Notes: generated by a model from the letters alone, not told the origin. Positions 1-13,705 are shown, numbered from the stretch's first letter. The stretch: DNA of 64,000 nt from Paraspadella gotoi (GCA_051294375.1 CM119271.1:12207422-12271421); one strand, 5' to 3'. Translations and numbers: made by a program.

Positions 1-618
1 TCGAACAAGTAAGTCGTGAATGTAAGTGACAAAAATTACGTGATACGTGATATCAAGTTCACAGAAAATGTGTGAAAAAGAGAGAAAAAAAACGAATGAA
101 ACCAAAAGAGAGATTCTCGTTAGTTTCACATTTTTGTCGTTCACGTGAAGTTCACGAGTTCTTAAGCGTCAATTGTCTTCGTTATTCACTCTTTGTCGGT
201 CTGTCAATCTCCGCAGTTCCACCACTGCGTTTCCATTCGCGTAACATCATCGTAATAAAATTCGCGTTAGAAGTTTTACGTTTTTTCGTTTCCGTCGAAT
301 GAAACGAGGTAAATCTACTAGTTCATTACTAAATAATACATATCATATGCAATAATAATTTTTAGTTGGTTGAGAATGAGTTGAAAGCCAACACATTAAT
401 TTGATTTATTACAATAAAAATGTAAAAGTTTAACACAATAAAAATGCAAATGTATGTATGTATGTAACTACAATTTAAAGAAAAGTAAAATGAATTAACA
501 ATAAAATTACAATGTGAACATAGTTGACATAGTTGAACATAGTTGACGATTTCAGTTTTTACACATTTTTTAACATTCCACACTCTCTCTATTCGAATGA
601 TGATATGCTTCAGTTTTT

Positions 619-905
619 AGAAGAGCGGCCTCTAAAGGAGTGGCGTCTTAAGGAGTGGTCTCTAAAGGAGTGGCCACTAGAGAAGCGGCCTTCAAAGGAA
701 TGGCCTTCAAAAGGATTGTCCTTTAGAAGAGCAGCCTCTAAAGGAGCGGCCACAAGAAAAGCGACATCCAAAGGAACGGCCTCTATTGGAGCGGCCTCCA
801 AAGGATCGGCCTCTAAAGGATCGGCCACTATAGAAGCGGTTCTTAAAGGAGCGGCCTCTAAAGTAGCGGCCACTAGAGGATCAGCCGCGAGGATTATTGG
901 CCTCA
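619..905 (+). repeat. 15-bp minisatellite (AAGGAGCGGCCTCTA); mirrored at about 11767-12055
   Basis: Roughly 19 degenerate tandem units; accounts for ORFs 533-964 and part of 610-1365. Confidence 0.85.
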
Positions 906-1126
906 AAGACCGAAATGGAAAATCAAAAATGGCCTCTGGGAAAATCACTCCGAGCGGAAAATGAGTGGGGATAAAAGAAAATAGATGAGGACGATGACGA
1001 TGACGATGACGACGACGACGACAAAGATGACAAAGACGACGACGACGACGACGACGACGACGTCTCAAACGGAATTGAAACGAATCGAAATTGAAAGGTC
1101 TCGTAGCTACGTCGTCGTCGTCGTCT

Positions 1127-1168
<42 letters not shown>

Positions 1169-2310
1169 TCCCAGACCGATATCCCAAAAGGAAATTTTGA
1201 GAGATTTTGGCCTCGTGACCTTTCGACCGGCACTGCAAGGTGACCCTTCTCTAGCACGGCAAAATGATCAAAGTTGACCCTTTTCTGGTACCGCAAAGTT
1301 GACCCTTTTCTGGTACCGGAAAATGACATAAGTGGGGAACGGGAAAAGAGAAAAGATCTTGGCACCGCTCAAAGAAACTCGACCTTCGCTCAGCGACCTG
1401 GCATCGCAAAACGATCCAATCCCGGCATCGTAAAAAGGTATTGATTACGGCGCCGCGAAAAAGAGGGCTGGTTCCACCTTAAATTTTTGGCCATATTTTC
1501 CGATTGTCCCTCATTTAGATTTTTAATTTTTAAACTTAATTTTAATCTTAAAATATATATTAATTCTTTTCCTAAAAGTTTACAATTCTTAACCCTTATC
1601 TCCAATTTTAACCTAATCCTAACCCGAATCCCTAATTTCGATCCTTAATCACTAACCCGAATCCCTAACCTTATTTTCTATCCTTAAACCCTGACCCTTA
1701 TTTCAACCTAAATTTCATTAAACCTCTCACCAAAAGCCCAACAACAAACTAAATTCTAAATTTAAAATGAAATGGGAAGCTTTTGGAAAAAAGGGCTAAT
1801 TTGAAATGGGGAGCTTTCGGGAAAAAGCGCCAATTTGAAATGGGCTTGCGGAAAAAAAGTTCAATTTGATTCCCTTTTTTTAAAAAATTTTTTTCTTTAA
1901 ATTTTCTTTTGTTCGACTCGAAGTTTCTTTTGTTTTCGGTTTTTGAGATTTTCGTCTATGAATGAAAGGGAAATAGACAAAAGGGAATGAGAAAAAGGGA
2001 AAGGAAATGGACAAAAGGGAATGAGAAAAAGGGAAAGGGAAATGGACAAAAGGGAATGAGAAAACTGGAAAAGAACTGGACAAAATTTTATGAATTAGTA
2101 AATTAAATGAAAAAGGAAAGCGGGAGAATTTAAAAAAGAAATATTTTTTAAATGTAAATAAAACATCAAACGTTTTAAAACTTATCATTATATAACCGTA
2201 ATCATTCAGCAAGAAGCGGTTCCTGATCGGCTTACGATCCCGATTGGCTGAAAATCTCACGCTTTCTGGATAAAGGAGATGTTTAAAGAAAGAAATCTCA
2301 CTACGGTTTG

Positions 2311-2345
<35 letters not shown>

Positions 2346-2411
2346 NNNNNNNNNNNNNNNNNNNNNNNNNAGAGGAAAGAGAGAGAAAAATGGATGAATA
2401 AAAAAAGAAAA

Positions 2412-2490
<79 letters not shown>

Positions 2491-3436
2491 AGAAAGAAAG
2501 AAAGAAGAAGAAAGAAAGAATCAGAGAAAGAAAGAAAGAAAGAAAGAATCAGAAAAAAAGAAAGAAAAAAAGATTCAAAGAAAGTAAGAAGAAAGAAAGA
2601 ATCAAAGAAAGAAAGAATCAAAGAAAGAAAGAAAGAAAGAAAGAAAAAAGTATCAAAGAAAAAAGAATCAAGAAAGAAGAAAAAAAGAAAGAATCAAAGA
2701 AGAAAGGAAGAATCAAAGAAAGAAAAAAAGAAAGAAAGAAAGAATCAAAGAAAGAAAAAAAAAGAAAAGAAAGAATCATAGAAAGAAAGACAGAAAAAAA
2801 AATCAAAGAAAGAAAGAAGAATCAAAAAAGAAAATATCAAAGAAAGAAAGAAAAAGAAAAAAGAAAGAAAAAAGAATCGAAGAAAGAAAGAAAGAAAGAA
2901 GGAAGGAAGGAGTAAAAAGTGTTTATTTCTTAAACATTAATGAAGTATCCTTGTTTGGGTTTCCGCCGATCGGCTTTCATTGTCGAGGTTCGTCAGTCGT
3001 CACCTTTGCCTTCCGACACGAACTCGGGTCACTACGGTTTGAAAGAAAATTAAGTTGGTTTTTGATTTGTAGTAAAAATTTTTTTATAAATATTGTATTA
3101 GTTAATCTACTATTTTTTTTACTTTATATAGAGAATCATATATTGTATATTCTCTTTCAGTTTGTTGTGTTTGAGATTAGACAAAATAAAGTAACTATTG
3201 ATTTAAATTACAATGGTAAAATTAATAATCGTTAATTTTACCATTGTTGTTTAATCACTATTTACTTTATTTTATTTAAAGAATCATACCTAATTATATT
3301 TGTTCTATTTGCAGAAGTTATTAATGTTAAATTTTGATAAAAACTAATAAAAAAATATAAAATGATTAAATAATATATTTTAAATATTTTAATAAAACAA
3401 TAAAAATTTTTGTTAGCTTTTTACAAAAATTTATTT

Positions 3437-3494
3437 ATATTAGTTCTCGGACATGTTTCGACTCTTTTTGAGTCTTCATCAGCGTTTACAATAT
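3437..3494 (-). ncRNA. Minimal type I hammerhead ribozyme (Penelope-associated type), family A
   Basis: Minus strand reads ATATTG-TAAA-CG-CTGATGA-A-GACTC-AAAAA-GAGTC-GAAA-CATG-TC-CG-AGAAC-TAATAT: intact CUGAUGA/GAAA/GUC core, 5-bp stem II, palindromic ACATGT stem III, bipartite stem I. Confidence 0.82.
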
Positions 3495-3808
3495 TTAATA
3501 TTTTAAAAACTTAAAATGGTAAAACAAAATTTTAGTAAAAGCCTTTAAACATTTGTTTTAAAAATATGTTACCTTTAAAATTGGAATAACAAATATAAAA
3601 GTGTATACCGTTTTAAATCTTACATTTTTAACATTTAGTATAAAAGTTTTAAATAAAACAATTTTGATAGTAATTAAGAATATTGTTATATATTGGAACT
3701 TATTTCAAAAAGAAAATCCAAAAAATATTTTAACCGTAGTGTTGAGAAATGAATAAATCCTCATCATTGGTTCGAAACTCGACGGAAATCTCAGTTCTTC
3801 TCTTCTCT

Positions 3809-3875
<67 letters not shown>

Positions 3876-4181
3876 GGGGTTGAACAGAGAGAGAGACAGA
3901 GCGAGAGCGAGAGCGATCAAAACGCTCGAAGATAACGTCTGCGACTTTGACCACGAAATTATCACGATTTTACTTTCGATCGATCGCCAGTCAATGCCCC
4001 CGCCTCTCTCTCTCTCTCGTCTCTCCTCTCTCTCTCTCCCTCTCTCTCTCTTCTTTCTCCTCTCTCTCTCTCATCAATTTATTTTAGTCGGAAAATATTT
4101 ATCGTCTTTAAGAAAAAATCCTGGTTTTAAATTTTTTCCCATTTTTTTTGTCATTTAATTTTTTACTATATTTAATTTCTA

Positions 4182-4214
<33 letters not shown>

Positions 4215-4217
4215 CTC

Positions 4218-4252
<35 letters not shown>

Positions 4253-4306
4253 CGAGGTATAACTGGTTTTAACGTTTTCTCCGAAATTAATATTTTTTAC
4301 CTATTT

Positions 4307-5640
4307 CGAGAAGAAAGAAAGAAAGAAAGAAAGAAGAAAGAAAGAAAGAATCAGAGAAAGAAAGAAAGAAAGAAAGAATCAGAAAAAGAAAGAAAGAAAA
4401 AAAGATTCAAAGAAAGTAAGAAAGAAAGAAAGAATCAAAGAAAGAAAGAATCAAAGAAAGAAAGAAAGAAAGAAAGAAAAAAAGTATCAAAGAAAAAAAG
4501 AATCAAAGAAAGAAAGAAAAAAAGAAAGAATCAAAGAAGAAAGGAAGAATCAAAGAAAGAAAAAAAGAAAGAAAGAAAGAATCAAAGAAAGAAAAAAAGA
4601 AAGAAAGAAAGAATCATAGAAAGAAAGACAGAAAAAAAAATCAAAGAAAGAAAGAAAGAATCAAAAAAAGAAAATATCAAAGAAAGAAAGAAAAAAGAAA
4701 AAAGAAAGAAAAAAGAATCGAAGAAAGAAAGAAAGAAAGAAGGAAGGAAGGAGTAAAAAGTGTTTATTTCTTAAACATTAATGAAGTATCCTTGTTTGGG
4801 TTTTCCGCCGATCGGCTTTCATTGTCGAGGTTCGTCAGTCGTCACCTTTGCCTTCCGACACGAACTCGGGGTCACTACGGTTTGAAAGAAAATTTAGTTG
4901 GTTTTTGATTTGTAGTAAAAATTTTTTATAAAAATTGTATTAGTTAATCTACTATTTTTTTTACTTTATATAGAGAATCATATATTGTATATTCTCTTTC
5001 AGTTTGTTGTGTTTGAGATTAGACAAAATAAAGTAACTATTGATTTAATTACAATGGTAAAATTAATAATCGTTAATTTTACCATTGTTGTTTAATCACT
5101 ATTTACTTTATTTTATTTAAAGAATCATACCTAATTATATTTGTTCTATTTGCAGAAGTTATTAATGTTAAATTTTGATAAAAACTAATAAAAAAATATA
5201 AAATGATTAAATAATATATTTTAAATATTTTAATAAAACAATAAAAATTTTTGTTAGCTTTTACAAAAATTTATTTATATTAGTTCTCGGACATGTTTCG
5301 ACTCTTTTTGAGTCTTCATCAGCGTTTACAATATTTAAATATTTTAAAAACTTAAAATGGTAAAACAAAATTTTAGTAAAAGCCTTTAAACATTTGTTTT
5401 AAAAATATGTTACCTTTAAAATTGGAATAACAAATATAAAAGTGTATACCGTTTTAAATCTTACATTTTTAACATTTAGTATAAAAGTTTTAAATAAAAC
5501 AATTTTGATAGTAATTAAAAAATATTGTTATATATTGGAACCTTATTTCAAAAAGAAAATCCAAAAAATATTTTAACCGTAGTGTTGAGAAAATGAATAA
5601 ATCCTCATCATTGGTTCGAAACTCGACGGAAATCTCAGTT

Positions 5641-5678
<38 letters not shown>

Positions 5679-5837
5679 TTCTCTCTCTTCCTCCTCTCTC
5701 TCTCTCTCTCTCTCTCTGAAAAGGGGTTGAACAGGAGAGAGAAGAGCAAGAGCGAGAGCGATCAAAACGCTCGAAATAACGTCTGCGACTTTGACCACGA
5801 AATTATCACGATTTTACTTTCGATCGCCAGTCAATGC

Positions 5838-5913
<76 letters not shown>

Positions 5914-6055
5914 TCTTCTATCAATTTATTTTAGTCGGAAAATATTTATCGTCTTTAAGAAAAAATCCTGGTTTTAAATTTTTTCCATTTTTTTTGTCAT
6001 TTAATTTTTTACTATATTTAATTTCTATCTCTCTCTCTCTCTCTTCTCTTCTCTC

Positions 6056-6102
<47 letters not shown>

Positions 6103-6150
6103 GTACCGAGGTATAACTGGTTTTAACGTTTCTCCCGAAATTAATATTTT
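4307..6150 (+). other. Direct duplicate of about 2480-4300
   Basis: Near-identical at 1840-bp offset, homopolymer-length differences only, bounded by (GAAA)n/(CT)n tracts and near the 25-N gap at 2346-2370. Confidence 0.85.
5277..5334 (-). ncRNA. Hammerhead ribozyme family A, copy inside tandem duplicate
   Basis: Identical to 3437-3494; lies in the 4307-6150 duplicate, so may not be an independent locus. Confidence 0.7.
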
Positions 6151-6459
6151 TTTACAACTAAATTCGAGAAAAAAAACATTTCGTGTTCGATTATAAAAAA
6201 GAAAAATAATTTCGTCGCCAGCGAATCAAAGATTTTAATTCAGATCAAAGAAAAAAATATATTAACCGAAAAAAGAAAGGATTTAATTTTTTTTTGAAAT
6301 CGAAAACCTTAACGACACAACCGTAGCTTTTGGAATTTATACATCTAAACCTTTTAAAGAATTAAAGCTAAAACGCTAACCTCGCAAGGAATTAAACATC
6401 AAATTCCTCACGAAATGAGAATGGACGAATATTATCGACCCAGATAGTCGCAACTATTT

Positions 6460-6682
6460 GCAACATACTCACCACGCCTATGACACCTTCAGTCGTGGTT
6501 CAGTGAGTAATATCGTCATCCCAAGACCATCAGATACCGGGATCGATCCCCAATGGTACCTACCCTGCGGACGTAAACCGCCTTGGGTGTCTGGAAAACC
6601 TTCAAGCCTGGTTCCAAGCCCAGGAGCCTTTCCGTTGCTGCTGAGGGAGCATAGAAGATTTAGTCTTTAGCCCCACTTAGTG
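6460..6682 (+). mobile_element. Diverged copy of the same SINE (mirrored at about 7855-8073)
   Basis: Shares TCACCACGCCTATGACACCTTCAGTCGT, GATCGATCC B-box variant, CGTAAACCGCCTTGGG, GGAAAACCTTCAAGCCTGGTTCCAAGCC and AGCCCCACTTAG with 50749-51047. Confidence 0.75.
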
Positions 6683-7172
6683 TTTTATTCACAAAACAAA
6701 AACCTCACAGCCAAACAAAACAAAAAAACAAAAGCAAGAAACAACGACAACCAAATTCACAGTCACACTTTTCTACCAACCATTTCCTCTTGAAATTCCA
6801 GTGAATTTTCCTCAATATCGTTTTCACAATAAATCTCAACTCTCACAGATATAGCCATCGTCTGCCATTCACGACTGACTGACCCCATCCACAGCCCGAC
6901 ACAACCGACAACCCGACACAACCGACAATCCGACACAACCGACAATCCGACACAACCGACAATCCGACCCACTCAATTTACCCCCATAGTGACGCAATAC
7001 ATTTTCTTTTCTCCATCCGGACTCACGGATGGACAGACCGACCACCCCCCTTCCTCTTAATCCCAAACATTTACTTCCAGTGTTATTCGATATTTTTTTA
7101 TTTTTTTTATTTTCTCGGTCGNNNNNNNNNNNNNNNNNNNNNNNNNAGAGAGGGAGAAGGAGAAGAGAGCAG

Positions 7173-7252
<80 letters not shown>

Positions 7253-7292
7253 GACCGATAGAGAGGAACAGAGGGGGAGAGAAAGGGAAACC

Positions 7293-7324
<32 letters not shown>

Positions 7325-7334
7325 GAGGAGAGAG

Positions 7335-7372
<38 letters not shown>

Positions 7373-7374
7373 CG

Positions 7375-7408
<34 letters not shown>

Positions 7409-7427
7409 ACAAGGAGATTACGATCAG

Positions 7428-8440
7428 CGACCGAAAAAATAAAAAAAATAAAAAAATATCGAATAACACTGGAGTAAATGTTTGGGATTAAGAGGAAGGG
7501 GGGTGTCGTCTGTCCATCCGTGAGTCCGGATGGAGAAAAGAAAATGTATTGCGTCACTATGGGGGTAAATTGAGTGGGAGTCGGTTGTCGGTTGGTGGGT
7601 CGGTTGTCGGTTGTGTGGATTGTCGGTTGTGTCGGTTGTCGGGGCTGTGGATGGGGTCAGTCAGTCGTGAATGGCAGACGATGGCTATATCTGTGAGAGT
7701 GAGATTTATTGTGAAAACGATATTGAGGAAAATTCACTGGAATTTTCAAGAGGAAATGGTTGTAGAAAAGTGTGACTGTGAATTTGGTTGTCGTTGTTTC
7801 TTGCTTTGTTTTTTTTGTTGTTTGGCTGTGAGGTTTTTGTTTTGTGAATAAAACACTAAGTGGGGCTAAAGACTAAATCTTCTATGCTCTCCTCAGCAGC
7901 AACGGAAAGGCTCCTGGGCTTGGACCAGCTTGAAGGTTTTCCAGACACCCAAGGCGGTTTACGTCGCAGGGTAGGTACCATTGGGGATCGATCCCGGTAT
8001 CTGATGGTCTTGGGATGACGATATTACTCACTGAACCACGACTGAAGTGTCATAGGCGTGGTGAGTATGTTGCAAATAGTTGCGACTATCTGGGTCAGAT
8101 AATATTCGTCCATTCTCATTTCGTGAGGAATTTGATGTTTAATTCCTTGCGAGGTTAGCGTTTTAGCTTTAATTCTTTAAAAGGTTTAGATGTATAAATT
8201 CCAAAAGCTACGGTTGTGTCGTTAAGGTTTTTCGATTTCAAAAAAAATTAAATCCTTTCTTTTTTCGGTTAATATATTTTTTTCTTTGATCTGAATTAAA
8301 ATCTTCGATCGCTGGCGACGAAATTATTTTCTTTTTTTTAATCGAACAACAGCGAAATGTTTTTTCTTTCGAATTTAGTTGTAAAAAAATATTAATTTCG
8401 GAGAAAACGTTAAAACCATTTATCCTCGGTACGAGAGGAG

Positions 8441-8505
<65 letters not shown>

Positions 8506-8615
8506 GAAATTAAATATAGTAAAAAATTAAATGACAAAAAAAATGGGAAAAAATTTAAAACCACGGATTTTTTCTTAAAGACGATAAATATTTTCCGACT
8601 AAAAATGATTGAGAT

Positions 8616-8665
<50 letters not shown>

Positions 8666-8832
8666 AGAGAGAGAGAGGGGGGGCATGACTGGCGAATCGA
8701 AAGTAAAATCGTTGATAATTTCGTGGTCAAAGTCGCAGACTGTTATCTTTCGAGCGTTTTGATCGCTCTCGCTCTCGCTCTGTCTCTTCTCTCTCTGTTC
8801 AACCCCTTTTCAGAGAGAGAGAGAGAGAAGAG

Positions 8833-8898
<66 letters not shown>

Positions 8899-10266
8899 AA
8901 CTGAGATTTCCGTCGAGTTTCGAACCAATGATGAGGATTTATTCATTTCTCAACACTACGGTTAAAATATTTTTTGGATTTTCTTTTTGAAATAAGGTTC
9001 CAATATATAACAATATTCTTTAATTACTATCAAAATTGTTTATTTAAAACTTTTATACTAAATGTTAAAAATGTAAGATTTAAAAACGGTATACACTTTA
9101 TATTTTGTTATTCCAATTTTAAAGGTAACATATTTTAAAACAAATGTTTAAAGGCTTTTACTAAAATTTGTTTTTACCATTTTAAGTTTTTAAAATATTT
9201 AAATATTGTATAACGCTGATGAAGACTCAAAAAGAGTCGAAAACATGTCCGAGAAATATAAATAAATTTTTGTTAAAAGCTAACAAAATTTTTATTGTTT
9301 TATTAAAAATATTTAAAATATATTATTTAATCATTTTATATTTTTTATTAGTTTTATATCAAAATTTAACATTAATAACTTCTGCAAATAGAAAAATATA
9401 ATTAGGTATGATTCTTTAATAAAATAAAGTAAATAGTGATTAAACAACAATGGTAAAATTAACGATTATTAATTTTACCATTGTAATTTAAATCAATAGT
9501 TACTTTATTTGTCTAATCTCAAACACAACAAACTGAAAGAGAATATACAATATATGATTCTCTATATAAAGTAAAAAAAATAGTAGATTTACTAATAAAT
9601 ATTTATAAAAAATTTTTACTACAAATCAAAAACCAACTTAAATTTTCTTTCAAACCGTAGTGACCCCGAGTTCGTGTCGGAAGGCAAAGGTGACGACTGA
9701 CCGAAACCTCGACAATGAAAGCCGAGGATGAGAAACCCAAACAAGGATACTTCATTAATGTTTAAGAAATAAACCTTTTTACTCCTTCCTTCCTTCTTTC
9801 TTTCTTTCTTCTTCGATTCTTTTTTCTTTCTTTTTTCTTTTTTCTTTCTTTCTTTGATATTTTCTTTTTTTGATCTTTCTTTCTTTCTTTGATTTTTTTT
9901 TCTGTCTTTCTTTCTATGATTCTTTCTTTCTTTCTTTTTTTCTTTCTTTGATTCTTTCTTTCTTTCTTTTTTTTCTTTCTTTGATTCTTCCTTTCTTCTT
10001 TGATTCTCTTCTTTTTTCTTTCTTTCTTGATTCTTTTTTTCCTTTGATACTTTTTTCTTTCTTTCTTTCTTTCTTTCTTTGATTTCTTTCTTTCTTTGAT
10101 TCTTTCTTCTTTCTTACTTTCTTTGAATCTTTTTCTTTCTTTCTTTTTCTGATTCTTTCTTTTCTTTCTTTCTTTCTCTGATTCTTTCTTTCTTTTTCTT
10201 CTTTCTTTCTTCTTTCTTTCTTTCTTCTTTCTTTCTTCTTTCTTTCTTTCTTTCTTTCTTTCTTCT

Positions 10267-10298
<32 letters not shown>

Positions 10299-10329
10299 TT
10301 TTCTTTTTTTATTCATCCTTTTTTCTCTC

Positions 10330-10374
<45 letters not shown>

Positions 10375-11512
10375 CTCTTTTCAAACCGTAGTGAGATTTC
10401 TTTCTTTAAACATCTCCTTTATCCAGAAAAGCGTGAGATTTTCAGCCAATCGGGATCGTAAGCCGATCAGGAACCGCTTCTTGCTGAATGATTACGGTTA
10501 TAATAATGGATAAGTTTTAAAACGTTTGATGTTTTTATTACATTTAAAAAATATTTCTTTTTAAATTCTCCCGCTTTCCTTTTTCATTTAATTTCTAATT
10601 CATAAAATTTTGTCCAGTCTTTTTCCAGTTTTCTCATTCCCTTTTTGTCCATTTCCTTCCTTCCTTTTTCTCATTCCCTTTTGTCCATTTTCCTTTCCCT
10701 TTTCTCATTCCCTTTTGTCTATTTCCCTTTCATTCATAGACGAAAATCTCAAAAACCGAAAACAAAAGAAACTTCGAGTCGAACAAAAGAAAATTTAAAG
10801 AAAAAATTTTTTTAAAAAAAGGGAATCAAATTGAACTTTTTTTCCGCAAGCCATTTCAAATTGGCGCTTCTTTCCCGAAAGCTCCCCATTTCAAATTAGC
10901 CCTTTTTTTCCAAAAGCTTCCCATTTCATTTTAAATTTAGAATTTAGTTGTTGTTGTGGCTTTTGGTGAGAGGTTTAATGAAATTTAGTTGAAATAAGGG
11001 TCAGGGGTTTAAGGATAGAAAATAAGGTTAGGATTCGGGTTAGTGATTAAGGATCGAAATTAGGGATTCGGGTTAGGATTAGGTTAAAATTGGAGATAAG
11101 GGTTAAGAATTGTAAACTTTTAGGAAAAGAATTAATATATATTTTAAGATTAAAATTAAGTTTAAAAAAAAAATCTAAGAATAGGGACAATCGGAAAATA
11201 TGGCCAAAAAAATTTAAGGTGGAACCGGCCCTCTTTTCGGCGCCGAAACCTTTTTGCGATGCCGGATTGGATCGTTTTGCGATGCCAGGTCGCTGAGCGA
11301 AGGTCGAGTTTCTTTGAGCGGTGCCAGATCTTTTCTTCTTTTTCCCGTTCCCCACTTATGTCATTTTCCGGTACGAAAAAGGTCAACTTTGGGTACCAGA
11401 AAGGGTCAACTTTGATCATTTTGCCGTGCTAGAGAAGGGTCACCTTGCAGTGCCGGTTCGAAGGTCACGAGGCCAAATCTCTCAAAATTCCTTTTGGATA
11501 TCGGTCTGGGGA

Positions 11513-11550
<38 letters not shown>

Positions 11551-12673
11551 ACGACGACGAACGTAGCTACGAGACCTTTCAATTTCGATTCGTTTCAATT
11601 CCGTTTGAGACGTCGTCGTCGTCGTCGTCGTCGTCGTCTTTGTCATCTTTGTCGTCGTCGTCGTCATCGTCACGTCAACGTCCTCATCTATTTTCTTTTA
11701 TCCCCACTCATTTTCCGCTCGGAGTGATTTCCAGAGGCCATTTTTGTGATTTTCCATTTCGGTCTTTGAGGCCAATAATCCTCGCGCTGATCCTCTAGTG
11801 GCCGCTACTTTAGAGGCCGCTCCTTAAGAACCGCTTCTATAGTGGCCGATCCTTTAGAGGCCGATCCTTTGGAGGCCGCTCCAAATAGAGGCCGTTCCTT
11901 TGGATGTCGCTTTTCTTGTGGCCGCTCCTTTAGGAGCTGCTCTTCTAAAGGACAATCCTTTTGAAGGCCATTCCTTTGAAGGCCGCTTCTCTAGTGGCCA
12001 CCTCTTTAGAGACCACTCCTCTAAGACGCCACTCCTTTAGGAGGCCGCTCTTCTAAAAACTGAAGCATATCATCATTCGAATAGAGAGAGTGTGGAATGT
12101 TAAAAAATGTGTAAAAAACTGAATCGTCAACTATGTTAAACTATGTCAACTATGTTCACATGTGTAATTTTATTGTTAATTCATTTTACTTTTTTAAAAT
12201 TGTAGTTACATACATACATACATTTGCATTTTTATTGTGTTAAACTTTTTACATTTTTATTGTAATAAATTCAAATTAATGTGTTGGCTTTCAACTCATT
12301 CTCAACCAACTAAAAATTATTATTGCATATGATATGTATTATTTAGTAATGAACTAGTAGATTTACCTCGTTCATTCGACGGAAACGAAAAAACGTAAAA
12401 CTTCTAACGCGAATTTTATTACGATAGTGTTACGCGAATGGAAACGCAGTGGTGGAACTGCGGAGATTGACAGACCGACAAAGAGTGAATAACGAAGACA
12501 ATTGACGCTTAAAACTCGTGAACTTCACGTGAACGACAAAAAATGTGAAACTAACGAGAATTTCTCTTTTGGTTTCATTCGTTTTTTTTCTCTCTTTTTC
12601 ACACATTTTCTGTGAACTTGATATCACGTATCACGTAATTTTTGTCACTTACATTTCCGACTTACTTGTTCGA
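7428..12673 (-). other. Inverted duplicate of 1-7121 (probable assembly/read artefact)
   Basis: Collinear reverse complement differing mainly by 1-bp indels; centre is a 25-N gap (7122-7146) plus (GA)n; contains the 1.84-kb block once while the left arm has it twice. Confidence 0.9.
9203..9260 (+). ncRNA. Hammerhead ribozyme family A, copy in mirror arm
   Basis: CGCTGATGAAGACTCAAAAAGAGTCGAAAACATGTCCG (one extra A, probable read error); lies in the 7428-12673 inverted duplicate. Confidence 0.65.
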
Positions 12674-13434
12674 CGACCAGTTCATGGTCTCGTATTTCAA
12701 TCGGGGCGATTCACAATCACTCGTTCTCGATTCACCACAGCATACTGACCTTCCCCACTAAGGCGGGCCAGATTTAATATTTTTTACAATATGACAAAAG
12801 TCTGGCAATAAAGTATTTTTCTTTTTACAACCAAATCGACTTTGATTGGTTTAGATTTTTAATAAAATTAATTTTCCACATGCATGTGAAGCAATTTTAA
12901 TATCTACAATATTTAAGAAATGCTTAAATATTTTTTTTTCGGGAATTAAATTTTAAAATGGTTTTTAAAAATGATAAAGAATTAAAAAGTTTAAGAAAAG
13001 GTTATACTACAAATTTTCAAAATTTTATACGGATAAATGGTGCTAAAATTAGAAAAAAACCTTGAAAAAATTATCATCATCATCATTCATCATTCATTAA
13101 ATTTTATAGTTTTTGTTAATTTTATAGATGAATCTATAAAATTTCAAAAAGTTTTAATAATAACCTTCATCTAACTTTTTAAAGCTTTATTGCAGAATCC
13201 GTTAAAAAAAATTTAAAATTTATTAAAAAAAATTTTACATATATATAGTATTTGGATAATATTAAAATAGCTTCCATGCGTTTCACTATAAGATAAATCT
13301 AAATTTTTTTTTGTTTTATTTTTTACAGATCTTTATAAACCCTATAATAACCCCTGTCACGGTCTTAACTGCGCCCCCCCCCCCTCCTCCGAGGCCTTGT
13401 CCCCCTTATTGACACTCCCCAGTCCCCTGAAAAC

Positions 13435-13705
13435 AGCTAAATGGGCTGAAGAACATCTATCCGTCAACTTCTATAGCCCCTTCTAAACAGCCTCTCGGAA
13501 CCAGGCTTGAGGGGTCTTCCATGCCCCCTGAGGCGGTTTACGGCCCTCCCTCAATGAGTCCTCAACGTTTCCGCAGGTGTTAACCACGAGGGATCGATCC
13601 TGTACCTATTGTCATGAGTTTGATGGATTATCTCAACGAGCCACCGGGTTTACGACTGAAGGTTGTCAAGCTTATATGGTCGGGCTGAACTTAAAGCAAT
13701 GTCCT
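13435..13705 (-). mobile_element. Diverged copy of the same SINE
   Basis: Reverse complement gives CATTGCTTTAAGTTCAGCCCGACCATATAAGCTTGACAACCTTCAGTCGTAAACCCGGTGGCTCGTTGAG..CTCATGA..GATCGATCC..GGCCGTAAACCGCCT..TCAAGCCTGGTTCC..TCTTCAGCCCATTTAG, collinear with 50749-51047. Confidence 0.75.

Noticed and set aside
2301-4756. Long Lys/Arg/Glu-rich and Phe/Leu/Ser-rich ORFs (and the many ERER/LSLS ORFs across the window)
   Set aside because: Translations of (GAAA)n and (GA)n microsatellites; no coding evidence.
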